This document shows positions 1-12,917 of a stretch of 64,000 nucleotides of DNA, one piece after another; position 1 is the first letter of the stretch, and each line of letters starts with the position of its first letter. The position numbers and the translations under genes were made by a program. The notes beneath the pieces were generated by a model. The model saw nothing but the letters and a program-made list of their open reading frames with translations, made no database searches and had not been told where the DNA came from. Source of the stretch: Klebsormidium nitens (lineage: Eukaryota; Plantae; Klebsormidiophyceae); NCBI GenBank assembly GCA_000708835.1, contig DF237376.1:1-64000 (forward strand), written 5' to 3'.

Positions 1-279
1 CCCATAAGCGACGAAAACTGCCGTACATTTGTTTTTGCATCTATGATGACGTACGGGCCAAGCTCGACAGTACTAGAGCTGGCTACGCGACCTGAGGCTG
101 AACTGATGTCAGCCTGTGTACCAAGTGGCAAGACCATTCGCATTGAACAAATGCGGCACAGCCTCGATCCAATTAAAGGCCTTGCATGGCGCCCCAAAGG
201 CGGCCACAGCGAAATCAGGGTCAACTGGGCCAGCTTTAGCTTTTCAACACCCTTCCACTGAAGGTCTTCATTCTGAGGA

Positions 280-3200
280 ATGGAGCCCGCTGATGGGGAG
301 AAAGGGCCTTCTGTGATCGAGAAGGTGAGGCGCCAATCATCATGTCAATCTATAAAATGAAGGTTGCGAGCTGGTCTATGCAGCTACCAATGCTACCTGT
401 GGTTGCTTGTGGCACAATGGAGACGTACACGACTCGTCGTTCAGGTTGCCTTTTCCAGCTAGAATGCTGTAACCTATGCCCACAGGTCTTGAAGGGATCT
501 CGTCAACCGGCAGCTGGCTGTGCCGCTAACAATTAGAAGTGCAGCACATGTTTTAGCATCGGTTGTCGTCTCGTTGTTGTCAACGTATGGCGACAATAAG
601 TTGGCAAAAACATATAATATGCATGATGGTGGGGCTTCAGCAGCGCCCTTCTGTGTAATAAGTAGCGCAGAACTGGGGTGCATCTGTACCTTAAGAGTAG
701 GCACCCTTGCTGGTACGCTTCATGATCGAGGGTTTCTAAAGGATGCAACACGTTGGCTAAACTGCCCCCCATTCTCCGGCCTCAGAAATATGACCAACAC
801 CTCCCTCTACACAGAACGGTGTACCTAGCTCAGTAGTTTTCATCGACTTGTACAGCACACTCATTCCAGGTGACACTCCAGCTCCAAGTGAGCCTTAGTG
901 AAAAGACAAGTTGAACAACGTGCTGACATCGAATTCGAACTTCCTCCTTTGTTCTTCCTCAACCCAAATTTTTATTTCCGTACCCCTCTCGGTGTGCTGT
1001 CTGCCTTCTCTCTTTTACAAACTTTTTTTGACCCTACTACATATCCAGACACATAGCACTCAGGGGGCCATCTTAGAAACTGTTGTAAGCTTCCCCAACC
1101 GCAACATCATTCCATTGCTGATAGTCGCTCAAAAATCTCACTCCACAGGCCCGTGCGGCGCGTAAGGCAAAGCTCGAGGAGCGGCTGGCTCTGGAAGCGG
1201 AGAGGAAGCGCAAGGCAGAGGAGCAGGAAGCGGCGCGCCCCGCCAAGAGGCAAGCACTCGATGGTGGAGGCAACGGAGTGCCGCAAGTTGAGGGGGGAGA
1301 ATCAAACGGCGCAGCGGAATCGACCGAAGCGGCGGGCCACGCAGCCCCGCAGGGTTTTCCGGCTAGAAGCCTAGGGCCGATTCCTGAGGGTGAGGAATCC
1401 GATAATTCTGATGTTTTACAGTTCTCTGTGATCTTCAAACCCTTTGATGGTTCACCAATCTACCAGGGCTGTGTTCATTGGAGTGCCCTATGAATTCCAT
1501 CTTGACGTGTTCCGGGAAAGCGATAGTACTCGGCCTGAAGCAGGCCAAGTTCTTCAGGCTGCCAGGGTCGGCGAATTTGGGTTTCGAAACATGAAACCTT
1601 ACTTACTCTGATCATGTCAAAATATGAGGTATGGGCAACAGCGCTCCCAGGCAGCTTTGAGGTTTGTCTGTACATGCTCTCGTCGTGCTCTCCAGGCTTA
1701 TCCTGCGTCTCCCACTGGGAATTATGTTTGTTACCCATGACAGAATGTCAAGATTGACAAGTGAAGGTGCCTTTGAAGCTGAGGCATCCCGAACGTGTTT
1801 AACATCACTAAGTATTTATCAGAAGGGGGGAAGAGTAGGACGAAGAGATGCAGACTTGCGTCTTCTGGCAGAAGGAGGGGAAGAACAGCTTAGTAAAAGA
1901 CACTGGAAAGAGAACAAGGAACCAGCAAAGAAGGATGTTCCAGCATGAAGAGGTAAGATTCTTCATCGCTGATGGGGGTGCTGCCTTGTGCCCTGTAGGC
2001 TGGCTGCAGTGCCCCCCTTACGGGGAGCCGGTGGACGGGCTGATTCCTTGCAAGGTGCCGCTGGGGGAGCGCTTTGATCACCTGCTGGAGCTGCATCAGC
2101 GGCTGACGCCAAAACTGCTCACGGAGCGGCTGCGGCGCGCGGGAACGCCGGTGAGCGGGGGCAGAGCCCCTTGACATGGATCTTGATGTATGCTAAGAAT
2201 CGTTTTTATGGATAGGAAAGGTCGGCCTACCGGGCGTAGGATTTCAACGGCTCTGAATTCAAACATTCCTGCGCTTCGCGTCTGATTCCACCGTAAATCC
2301 CAAAGTGAACCCACCCGTCCCCCGGGCTCGACGACATCATTCTCGTCGCGCATTATATCATACATTGGGGACTTTCTCCTTGAATCTCGAGACCTTGAAT
2401 CCGTTTACTTCACGTTGTTTTTCCAACTTTCGTGATCAAAAACAGTTTCGAAGCGGGACTTTCCAATCTGTGTGCGTTTCCTTGTTGAGCTGAGAAAGTC
2501 AGGGTTCGTTCTGATTTGGACTTCCTCCAGTCGAACTTACAAGCGGCTTAAAGTGTGACCCTTGCTACAGTCAGGGGCTATTTCTTCTGACGTTAGATTT
2601 TTGCCCTTTGGCTATCAACGATGTTGGTAACCAGCAAGTCAGCTAATGGTTACTTGAGGCTCTTAAGGCGGAGTTTGTGACTCACAAGGTTGGATTTCGA
2701 AGTGCCCCCTTTTTGCTCTGCAGATCGGCCTGGTAATTGACCTGACTAACACCAACCGTTACTACAAGGAGAAAGAGTTCACCAGCCAAAACGTCAAGTA
2801 CATAAAGGTGGGGCGACAAGAATTATCTTTGCCGCTTTGCTCGTGTAGAGCAGAAGAACTAGACTTCGCATGTCTCGATTGGACGCCCCTTCTTGGAATG
2901 AAAGTCGACATGGTAGACATGATGGGATAGATGTTCCAAACAAATGCGCATAGGTTTGATCTTCCGAATGCGGTTCTACAACGTCAAGCTTCTCAACCCG
3001 ACTGAGGATCGGACGGCACCGTTGCATCAATGTATGATAAAGCTTTTAGATCAAAGCTGAGGTCCTCTCGGAATCGCTAACCTCGATGCTGGGCCTTGCG
3101 AACTGAAAACCAAGACTCGGACATGCCGAATCATGCGCGCTGGTCAGGGCGAACATATTCCAAAAAATCTATGGTTGAGCGGTAGCAACTTTTTTGGCGT

Positions 3201-6200
3201 TGACAGATTGGTCTACGGGGCCGGAACGAGGTCCCCGACGCGGAGTCGGTGAATCTGTTTTACTACGAGGTGATGCGGTACCGCCAGACCAAAGGCGCCA
3301 AGCACATCCTGGTGCACTGCACGCACGGCCACAACCGTACCGGTTACATGATTGCCACCTTCCTCGCGCGCACCACCGCACCCACCGTCGCAGAGGTAGG
3401 GTTTCAAGATCTCAGGGTCGTCGCCTGAGTTTACAGGGGCTTAGCGCTTTGCATTTTGGGTTTTGTGTGCTACATGATTGCCGCCTTCCTCGCGGGCACC
3501 ACCGCGCCCTCCGTCGCAGAGGTAGGGTTTTACGAGACTACTTTTATAGGGGGCAGCTTTTGTAACTCGACCGGGGCATACTTCCATATCACGGAGTCTC
3601 TGTTTTTTGGTCTCTTGTTCGAGATAGTTGCTGCTGCGGTTTCTGCAATCAAGCTGTTCGTCCGCGAGGAAGTCAGTGGCTACAAAGGAGGCCCAATACG
3701 TCACAAAACTGACTGCTGTCAACCCGCCGGTTGGCGCGTTAACCATCGGTGTGCGGCAAGCGCGCCCTCTCGGCATCTTTGAGGACGAGTATCTCGCCAA
3801 GCTTACAATGCACGAAGAGCGCTAGCTTAAGTCTGGGGATTTAGCCTTAAGTTTCGTTTTCGAGATTTGACAAACTTACAATTGTCCAGCCTCAATAATG
3901 ATTTGCGGGGGTGCGCACCCTTGGCACCTTCAACGACGAGTATCTCGCGGAGCTATTTGCGGTGCACCACGAGCGCGCCAACGCGTTGCAGTCTTAAATT
4001 TCCTAATGTACTAACCAGAAGAAACATACCGGTTTGCAGGCTAACCAGCGGTTTGCGGCGGCGCGCCCCCCCGGGCATCTACAAGGACGAGTATCCTCCC
4101 GAGCTGTTCCAAAAAACCCAGAAGCGCCAGCTCTTAAAACTTTGAATAAGTCTTCCTTTTTCACGAAACCGGCCAGGGGCCATATGCCGGTTTGTAGCCT
4201 AACAAGCGGTCCTACGCCCGTTTCTAGGCTAACCAGCGCTTTGCGGCGGCGCGGCCCCCGGGCATCTACAAGGAGGAGTATCTCGCGGAGCTGTTTGCGG
4301 TGCACCACGAGCGGCGGCCTCCGCACGCTGTGACGCCGTCCGTGCCAGACTGGAAGCGCCCCCTGCTGGACCTCAATGGGGACGCGCCCTCAGACTCGGA
4401 GGAGGAGATGGACGACGACGGGAAAAAGGGGGCCTGGGAGCCGGTGAATGTTCGGATCTCTGATATTTTATCGTTTTTCGTGCCTTCCTGTCTACCGATA
4501 TTGAGGTATCTTGGAAAGCGGGGAGCGCTTACTTTTGACTTTACTCCAATGTGCTGCTCGGGCTTTCAGTTAACGGTGAATTGCTGAACAGATTGTACTT
4601 TGTTATGCACAATCCCTCGAGTCGCCTTTGCCCTTGTTTTTTAGTATACTAGAAATTTTACCACGGAACTCGACACATGGCGGAGAATCAAGTCAAAACC
4701 CCTCAATGGCTTACAGAAACGGATTTGCGGAAGGCACGTTCGTCAACCGGGTGGCCGTCTCAAGAGCCCCAAAATCGGGTCTGCTGAAAGTATACCAGTC
4801 GCTTACATCCGCTTACATTGAATGCTCCTGCGACGCAACCCTAACATCGTCCCTGTGCATGTACTCACTGTCCTCTGCCTAACATCGCACATTGGCCTCG
4901 CCTCCGCAGGCGCCCGAGCCGGCCCCCGCGCCTGCCGCGATGACGATCGATGACGTCATCGGCGATCCCGTCCCGCTGGACCAGCAGCAGGAGCTGCGTG
5001 CAATTGTGTACAGCGCGCTTGGGGAGCGGCCGGGGCGCAACGGCAACCTCAACTTCCCGGGCTCCCAGCCCGTGTCGCTCAGCAAGTGAGCCTCCATCGT
5101 TTTTACTTCTTTCGAAACATGAGCCATCTGGTTTTTCTCGATTTGTTTCCTGACTTGATAGGGCTATATAGTCGTTCGGCAAGTAAGAGTCCGTCTAGTT
5201 TAATCAAGGTGTTTTGAGTGTTCTCGATTTGTCTCGACCGAGACTCTAGGGCGTCCAGAAGTGCAGACGGATGTCAAAGCTCCGTCCGGCTTGACCCCGT
5301 GGGAAAAAGGCATATATTTTGCTCTTGCCCGGGGATTCCTGTTTGTGTTAAGCATTCCAGACAGATGTCAAACTTCCAGAAATTCCAACTGGGCCCCGCC
5401 CAGGGGCTTCCCGGGATTGGAAACCCCCAGACTCCCTCACCTATGCTTACCCCCTGCAGTGAGAACATGCGGCTACTTCGCGAGCGGTACTACTATGTGA
5501 CGTGGAAGGCAGACGGCACGCGGTATATGATGCTCATCCTGCGAGAGGGCGCGTATCTAATCGACCGAAACTTCTCCTTCCGCCGCGCGCAAGTTCGCTT
5601 CCCTGCCGCTGTGAGCCCCGCTACATCTTTCTGTAACTCATCATCATTCATTTTCATTCTGCTTGTCCGTTCTTTCTTCTTCTTGCTTGATTCATTCGCA
5701 TCAGTAGGGTGGCCTTATACCGATCGTGTTGGATTGAGGAGGCTTTTTCAAGCGCAACTGGCTGTCGAGTGCGTTGAGGGTCGGTACTGACGACATTAGA
5801 GCCGCCGTCAACGAGTCGGGGGTCGTGACCTCAGCTCTCCGAAACTGAGACACCAGGTTCACTCGTAATCAGTCTGACTTCACAGAAATTTTGATTTTAC
5901 AGACAAGCCACCAAGAAGTCGACAGGAAAGGTCAGCTGTCAACGACTGATCCAAGTCACCCGCCCCAAATGTTGTGGAACCCTTGCAATTCAGCTCTTGC
6001 TAATAATCCAAGGAACACTTTTCAAAGGGCTGCGTCCTCGTGTTTCCATGACGTCGTCGTCTTCTCTTGCAACGATTCGTTTGTTGGCGGACGTTGGCCT
6101 TTTCGGGCAAGGGCAATCTCAGTGAACAGGTTTTGCGAAGTCATATCGTGACAGCCATCCACCGGGTCGGTTTCCTGCAAAGAACTTACTATTCTTGAAG

Positions 6201-9200
6201 CCCTCATTATTGCGTCCCGGGGTTCCAAAATCGCTGTCGCCCACAGTGTGTGCTGACGTCATCGATGTTTCGCACATCTTGTTGCTTCCGGCCCCTCCCG
6301 CTGCTGACATCACAACCACTCCTGCTGACGTCATCATCTCCCTTCCCCCGGCAGAACTTCGTGTTTCCGGAGCCCCCGGAGAGCCCCAGCGCTCCGCGCA
6401 CGGCGCTGCAGCATGCGACGCTGCTGGACGGCGAGATGGTGGTGGATCACGTCCCGCCGTCCGCGCCCGGCGCGCCCGCCAAGCAGGAGCGGCGCTTCCT
6501 CGTCTATGACATCATGCTACTCAACGGGCAGGCACTCGCACAGGTATGGAGCGGTCGATGCTCGACCCCTTCCTGCGTCGAATTCATCCTGTTTTCTTTA
6601 GAGCAGTATCTTTGAATAGTTTTTCACTGAAGTTTGCTGGCTGTTGTATGCTTGGCAACTCTTTCCTGCCCCTCCTTAACCGACTTGAGCACTTCAACTG
6701 CGCAATGGTGGAGAATGTTGGATTTCGTGATGGTCATCAGCCGAACTTCTGCGTAGGTCACCCAAATTCGACTCTTTGAAGCTAGTGGCGCACGTGTGCT
6801 CCAAAGCGAACCCCGGCGTTCTTGTTCTTGTCTCGAGAACAATCCTCTTCGGAAACACGGAAACACGGTCTTAGAGACACTGTGCGACGAAGCGAGATAA
6901 TACTGGTAGAAGCGATCGCAGGGCACGAAAGCCATGCTCCCTTCCTTGTCTTGTTAACAGACCTGCCTTCTGCTTCTTTTTCGCAGCTCCCCTTCTCCCA
7001 ACGCTTCCCGCTCATCCTGTCGGAGGTGATCGCCCCTCGCAAGAAGGACGAGGCGCTCAACCGCAAGTACGACTATACCGTAGAGCCCTTCCGGGTGAGG
7101 TGTCAGATTTGCATAACATGGTTCACGGATCTTGGGACAGATACTGCGGTTTACCGCTCAGGGATTTTGTTGATGTGGCGACTCGTGTTTCCGGGTATTT
7201 ATTTTCCCCCTGTTCATACGATGGTATCGTTCGGTTTGGTTCCGATAGAACTACAGCCGCGTTGTGTTCAAAGTCTGAGTAGGAAGACACACCAGCCGAT
7301 CGACAGCAACAAAGTAGTCCTTATCAGGACCAACTTTCTGAACGCATTTCTAGCATGCAGCTGCGTCATATTCTTTGTTTTCATCCAATCCACTGAAGTG
7401 TGCAGCAGTACTTGCAAGCCCGCCTTTTTATTTTTTTTGTTAAGGACGACTGCGTGTGCATGTCCCAGATAGGGCAGATTGCGTGAACGGCCAACTCTTG
7501 GCAGCGCTTTGCAAACGATCGACTGGCGGCCCTCAAGACAAGAAACAATACCTTCACCAGCTTGGGGGACCATTAGGTTGAGTTTCGTTCTGTCGAACGC
7601 TTCCCAGACTTTATTGTCTGTACCCCAGGTCCGAGGGGACGTTCAACTGGCGGCCCTTGAGCGAGTACTTCAAGAAAACAACAACATGCCGCTGTTCCGC
7701 ATCCATTTTAAAGGGCCCTATGCCAGACTATTTCTCGTCGAATGCTACTCTGACTTCCCCCTTTGTCCCCAGGTTCGACGGAAGGACTTTTACGAGCTGC
7801 AGGCGACGCCCAAGCTGCTGAAGCAGACGGTGCCCAAGCTGAGCCACGAGGCGGACGGCCTCATCTTCCAGGTAAGCCGGAGACCGCTGGCGCTGACGTC
7901 ATTTGACGTCAGCTCGCTCGCTTCGCCAACACATGCAGGCAGTGGGTTTCCCTGGAGCCCTCCCGCCTGCGGGCGTTGAATTTGATTCGCAATTCCGGTG
8001 GGGGGAATAAGGTGAAACGGCGGCTTTTTGAGAGGGTCTTAGGAGGTTCGCGATATTGGCCTTTCACGGTTCTGATAGGCTTGAATATTTCGGGTTTCAG
8101 GTTCTTCGTCTCAGCCCCTCCCGAAAGACAGGCTTTGTGAGCGACGTTGCTGGTCTTTTACCAGTGCGCCCAGGCATCCTTGGCGGGACCCCATCATTGT
8201 CAAGAGGTACTATGAAAAGTGCGGGCCATTCAAGCGAGCCGGCCCACTGGAGGAGTCGGAAAAAATGGGATCGGTAGAGACCGAGTCTGCAAGTTTGCGA
8301 AGTAAAGAACGCAGGGGGCCATAAGGGTTGGAAACTCCTCAACACCTGGCAAAAGGCACAAACCGACCTCGCTCCTGCGCAGGGCTGGGACGACAAGTAC
8401 GTGACGCGGACGTTTGAGGGGCTGCTCAAGTGGAAGTACGCGCACATGAACTCCGTCGACTTCCTTTTCAAGGTATGCGCCTCAGAAATCTTGCCGGCTT
8501 TCGCCATCTTGAGCTTGCCGATCTCGCTGTCAGTCGACGACAACCCTAAATGCAAAGTTGTATAATCCTTCCAAGATCTCGGAGTGCAATGAAAACGACG
8601 ACCCAAATCCGCCAAGAATACGTTCTACTTTCGACGGATGTATAAAGGCACAAGTAGACCGGCCAATTCCTCTGCTGATGTCATGGCTTGTCCTCCGCGT
8701 TTCTTCAGAGCTTTCAGCGAGTTGCTGACGGACCCATCTCTCTGCCGATGTCACCAGGTGGAGCCCGACGGGAAGCAGCACCTGTACCTGACGGAGGGCA
8801 AGGAGCGGCTGCGGGAGCTGGAGGGGGCGACCGTTCACTTCGCAGGCGAGCCACCCTGGTCGCCGCCGTTCAGTTTCTCTTCCTTCCCCGTACTTGGTCG
8901 TCTGGTCCGCAGCCTGCCGCTGCCGCTGCTGCCTCTCCATTCGTTCTCTCGGTTCGTACTTGGCAAGAACTGATGTGCGGAAATTGGACAATCCGGTATG
9001 TTTGGTTTGGTACTCGGTGCCTGCAGTGTTTGGCTGAAGTTTGTTCTGAGTCAAGATGTCAATGCCTGGGCAGGTTGCAAAGGTTTGGTAAAAGTTTGAG
9101 AAGCTGAGCTTTCCACGAAGAGCTGTCTCGGTCGTTCGGCTAAGTGCAATTCTTCGTTTAAGACCTTTCCTCACACTCTGTCTAAGGATTCGTGCTTCAA

Positions 9201-10070
9201 TCAGATGATGATACACGGATCTAGCTTCAATTTGGCACATTTTGCCCCGTGGGTGGGTTCTCTAACCTGCCAAATTTTCCTGTCTGTTTGTCGATTACCG
9301 TGATTGTCACATCCTATGCCCCCGCCCCTGCAGACGGTGAGGACCCCGCCAGCTTCCACGACAAAATCATCGAGTGCGCCCGGGGCACCGAACCGGGCAG
9401 TTGGTCCTACATGCGGGTGCGCACCGACAAGAGCCACCCAAACGCGTACGCCGTTTACCTCAAGGTTTTGAACAGCATACGAGACAACATCACTGAGGAA
9501 AAGATCCTCCAGACAATCGACGAGATCACCAGGATGCCGAGTTACACCTCGCGGCAGACACCGCGGCCGGGGGGGCCTCCCCCGACCAGGCCCGGGGCCC
9601 CTGGCGGGAGTCACCGGGCGCCTATTGGGCACGTGAACCGGTCAGTACCGAACGGACCGAGCGGGCATGTTAGCCGACCGGTTCAAAACGGACCAAGTGG
9701 GCATGGTAACCGACCGGTACAAAATGGACCGAGTGGGCATCCTCGGATGGTTCAACCGGCACCTTTTGCGGGCGACACAGATAGTCCGTCTGACCGACCG
9801 CCGGTGCCGCTAGTGTCGGGGTCGGTTCCTAGCGGAGGAGCAACTGCTCATAATCAGGAAGAAAGTAAAGCATCGAGCGCGCACGGTGACGCTCATCAGT
9901 CAGATCCTGTTAATTCACTTGAAACAACACAGAAAAAGGGGAGGGAAAGTGACATTAGTGGGGCCGAGCGAGTTAGCGAAGCGGCTTTGCAACCGGCCCA
10001 CGAAGATCCAGATAGAAATGGGGACATGCGGGCGCTTGAGGACAACGGAAGGACTGGACAAGAGGACTAG
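280..10070 (+). CDS. RNGTT: mRNA capping enzyme (RNA 5'-triphosphatase + guanylyltransferase), 14 exons
   Basis: Phase-consistent exons: 280-324, 1149-1389, 1999-2150, 2724-2807, 3207-3395, 4228-4443, 4910-5085, 5460-5610, 6355-6543, 6987-7094, 7773-7871, 8383-8472, 8758-8845, 9334-10070. Motifs: IPEGWLQCP, IGLVIDLTNT, HCTHGHNRTG (CX5R triphosphatase), TWKADGTRY (GTase motif I, KxDG), LLDGEMV, DGLIFQ, LLKWK, MRVRTDK. The start codon at 280 is the least certain part. Confidence 0.95.
9627..9745 (+). repeat. 36-nt coding tandem repeat (3 full units + partial) in the capping enzyme C-terminal tail
   Basis: Units start at 9627, 9663, 9699 and 9735, encoding GHVNRSVPNGPS / GHVSRPVQNGPS / GHGNRPVQNGPS / GHPRMVQP. 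Confidence 0.85.
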
Positions 10071-10813
10071 GATTCGTGGATGTTGCGTTCAAGCATGGTT
10101 GACTCCCTGTCCGACATGTTTGGGACAGAACTTTCGCGCTTTGAATCAGGTTGGGTTATTGGATGTTCACAGAGATCTGCTTAAGGAATGTGTCGGGTTC
10201 ATTGACCCGGTGGGCCTGTTCGACGTTGTTGCGTGGACTGAGTCATCGATCGTTTTACATATGTTGCAATAGGTTGCGTGCGCGCAAATAACCTTTCTTT
10301 TTGCTTACGCTTGATTAATGATAATGTGAAGTATATTAGCCTGGCATGTTCACACATGGGATGATTGCCGTGCAGCCGGGCTGACAAAATTAGGTCGATC
10401 TGGCCACGCCGTAATTCGCGATTACCCCTAGCAAGGCCGGGCAGCAACATATATCTATCAAATGGACGTCGATTGATTGACGTTGCAGCATACTGCATGC
10501 CATTGCAACTTTGTCCTCTTGTGCACCGACGACCCTCCAGGTTCCTCAGTTGACCTCGCCATCATCTGAAAATCTGACTAAACGGACGTCTCAAGCGTTC
10601 GGCGTATACGAGGTAGGCCGCAATCGTGTTGTGGCGCTAAGATTTGAGAGGATTGTGTTCAGCATGGCCCAAGAGATGTCGTACAACGGCTGTTCGATCC
10701 GAAAGTAAAGGGCGCCGTCATTTCTGAAGTGTGTCACTTTGAGACATGTTGGTCAGGTTTGCGAGCTCTGTCCATTCTGTTCCGAGGGTTCAGGGATCCA
10801 GCAAGACACCGTA

Positions 10814-12917
10814 TCATAGAGAGCCGCGTTGCAATTCGACAACGGAATGGGCTTCGGATTCCTTCTCGTTTGACCTATCGCCCTGCAATGTCCTATTCGA
10901 TTCTAAGCATGAAGCATTGACACCATTCGCCACTGGATGCCCTGTTCTAGTTTTGTCCTCCTCTTGCCGCTTGTCCGTAATAATCTTCACGATTATGGAA
11001 GCCCAAATCAGCACAAACTCCAGGCAAGCCGGTCCCAATATGGGCCAAAGTTTGTTTCTTATCAAATAAATCCCATAGACAGACAAGGCCAACACGTACG
11101 CCATCAGCCTGCACGCAAATAGGAACGGGGCTTACAGGCTGCGACCAGAAGAGGACAGGTATCTCTGGTTGTGGTTGAGAACCACAAGGTCCACAACCAA
11201 CAACATACAATATACAATATAAAACAAGACTTCTGTTGAAGAACATTCGATAGAGCTTCAATTTGAAAAATGAGGTCTTGCAATAGCCTATTGTCCAGTT
11301 CTGCGAAGCTAGTATTCGCAGCGGCTTAAAGAGGCCATACGGATCGCAAGCATCATGTTGGACAACGGCAACCTTACAGCAGGTACTCAACAAGATCCTC
11401 GTTCGTTTATCAAGACTGTAGGATGCAACAAAGTTCACATGTGGAAGCGTTGTTGGCATAAGGACTAAATGTCTTCCTTACAAACTAGACAATCACCCAA
11501 CCAGGATCATGAAATAGGGCAGCAAAAGCTGCAAAGCAAAGTGGCAGGATGATTTTGCAAGAAATGCCTGCTGAGTACATAAACGAGGTGAGGCCACGAC
11601 CTCTTGCAAACGGCTGCTCACCAAGGCATGCTGATGTCTCGTGAGGACATTGTTTTGACCTGCTTATATAGCTGCAGGGAACGACAAAGGTGCGCCTCAG
11701 TCGCGGTTCCGGAAGTACGGGACAACCCATGGCTGACGCCAAGGGTTCGGAAGTTCCCTAGCCTTGTAAAACCGCTTGCAAACAACATCAACCCCGACAA
11801 ATAACATCATTCCTGAAAAGCTGCATTTCAGGGAGAAACCAGGCAAGACACAGGCAAGCTGCCGTGATCCCTGAAGAACACAAGCCAGCATCAGGGGCTC
11901 TTGCGCACTTGTCAAGATACATAAAACCTACAGCTGGACCAGAAAGGATGACTAAACAAAGCATCCAAAGTGCGTTCTCCGCCGAATTCCCTGCACTGAC
12001 CCAATAAGTAAGAACCTGATCACTGCACTGGTCCCCAAGTGCCTCTAGGATTGGCCAACGACAATTGACAAGCTGGTTATACTGTTCTACTTTGAAAAAG
12101 TTCAGCCCGCTCGGCAGCTGCTTACTGCCAAATCAAAAGGTGCAGTCAAAGTTCATAAAAGAGTCAGACTCCTCTTCTTGCAGATTGTTAGCAGCTTGAC
12201 TTCGTGACAGAAGAGCGCCATATCATGCTTTGTGGCCTAGTCAGGAAACCGTCCCGTTTGGCGCACCGCATGTGCAGACAATAGTCAAATTCGCTGTCAG
12301 TTCTTTACCTACAGAAGTCATACATAGTATGTTCTTTTCTTTGATCTGAGAAAGATGACATTTGTCTGGGACACCACTTCCACTGCAAATTGTCCGTTAC
12401 TCCCTGCTGTACGTTGCACTGAACTTTTCAGAGTTGTTGATATGTAATTCAAGCTTCCGGTATGCTTTTGAGGATCTTTCACAGACCAATGCAGGTATGA
12501 TAAAACCAAATCAAAACAAGGGGGGCACTTTCTTACCTGAGGAATGAAGCCCACCGCAAACAGTAATCTGCATGCCATCAAGTAGAGCAAGTCAGGAAGG
12601 CACCTAGACCTCGGCGCCACCAGATACCAATCTGCAGAATTTGACTAGGTGCGTAGACAGAGCCAAATCACAATTCAAGAAGAATGCGATTCATGATTGG
12701 AAGTTTGGGCGTGCATAGTTCTTGCCTGTCGCAAGAAACAAAACAACGATACTTTTATTCTTGTAATCCAATGAGAACAGTGGTAAGTTTTGCTGACAGC
12801 ACAAAAACATGGTTCAACCTTACAGTGACGCCTACAGCATCCTTCTTGAGCAACTTACCCCCCAATGAACCCCAGATAATCATACACATTCTCGAAGGTC
12901 GCAGTTTCTGTTGCCAT
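10814..12917 (-). CDS. Single PQ-loop/MtN3-type 3-TM membrane protein (SemiSWEET-like), 4 exons, about 144 aa
   Basis: Exons (minus): 12917-12859, 12567-12537, 11671-11622, 11108-10814. All junctions are GT-AG and phase-compatible (2, 0, 2). Protein: MATETATFENVYDYLGFIGGLLFAVGFIPQLYKQVKTMSSRDISMPWLMAYVLALSVYGIYLIRNKLWPILGPACLEFVLIWASIIVKI..., with the PQ motif followed by the xxDIS pattern typical of PQ-loop/SemiSWEET proteins. An N-terminal extension from upstream exons cannot be excluded. Confidence 0.8.

Noticed and set aside
1848-1998. Upstream part of ORF 1848..2174 (KEGKNSLVKD...) as a capping enzyme exon
   Set aside because: The phase does not fit. Exon 2 (IPE-G) joins directly to 1999 (G-WLQCP), reproducing the conserved PEGWL motif.
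9201-9632. Long antisense or alternate-frame ORFs over GC-rich exons (also 19648..19899, 39343..39627, 52240..52572 and many others)
   Set aside because: These are shadows of real exons caused by GC-rich codon usage, with no independent motifs.
11485-11742. Hydrophobic ORF (..YSAGISCKIILPLCF..) as an exon of the PQ-loop gene
   Set aside because: No phase-compatible acceptor exists at a plausible intron length. The exon at 11108 gives the correct W-LMAYVL continuation.
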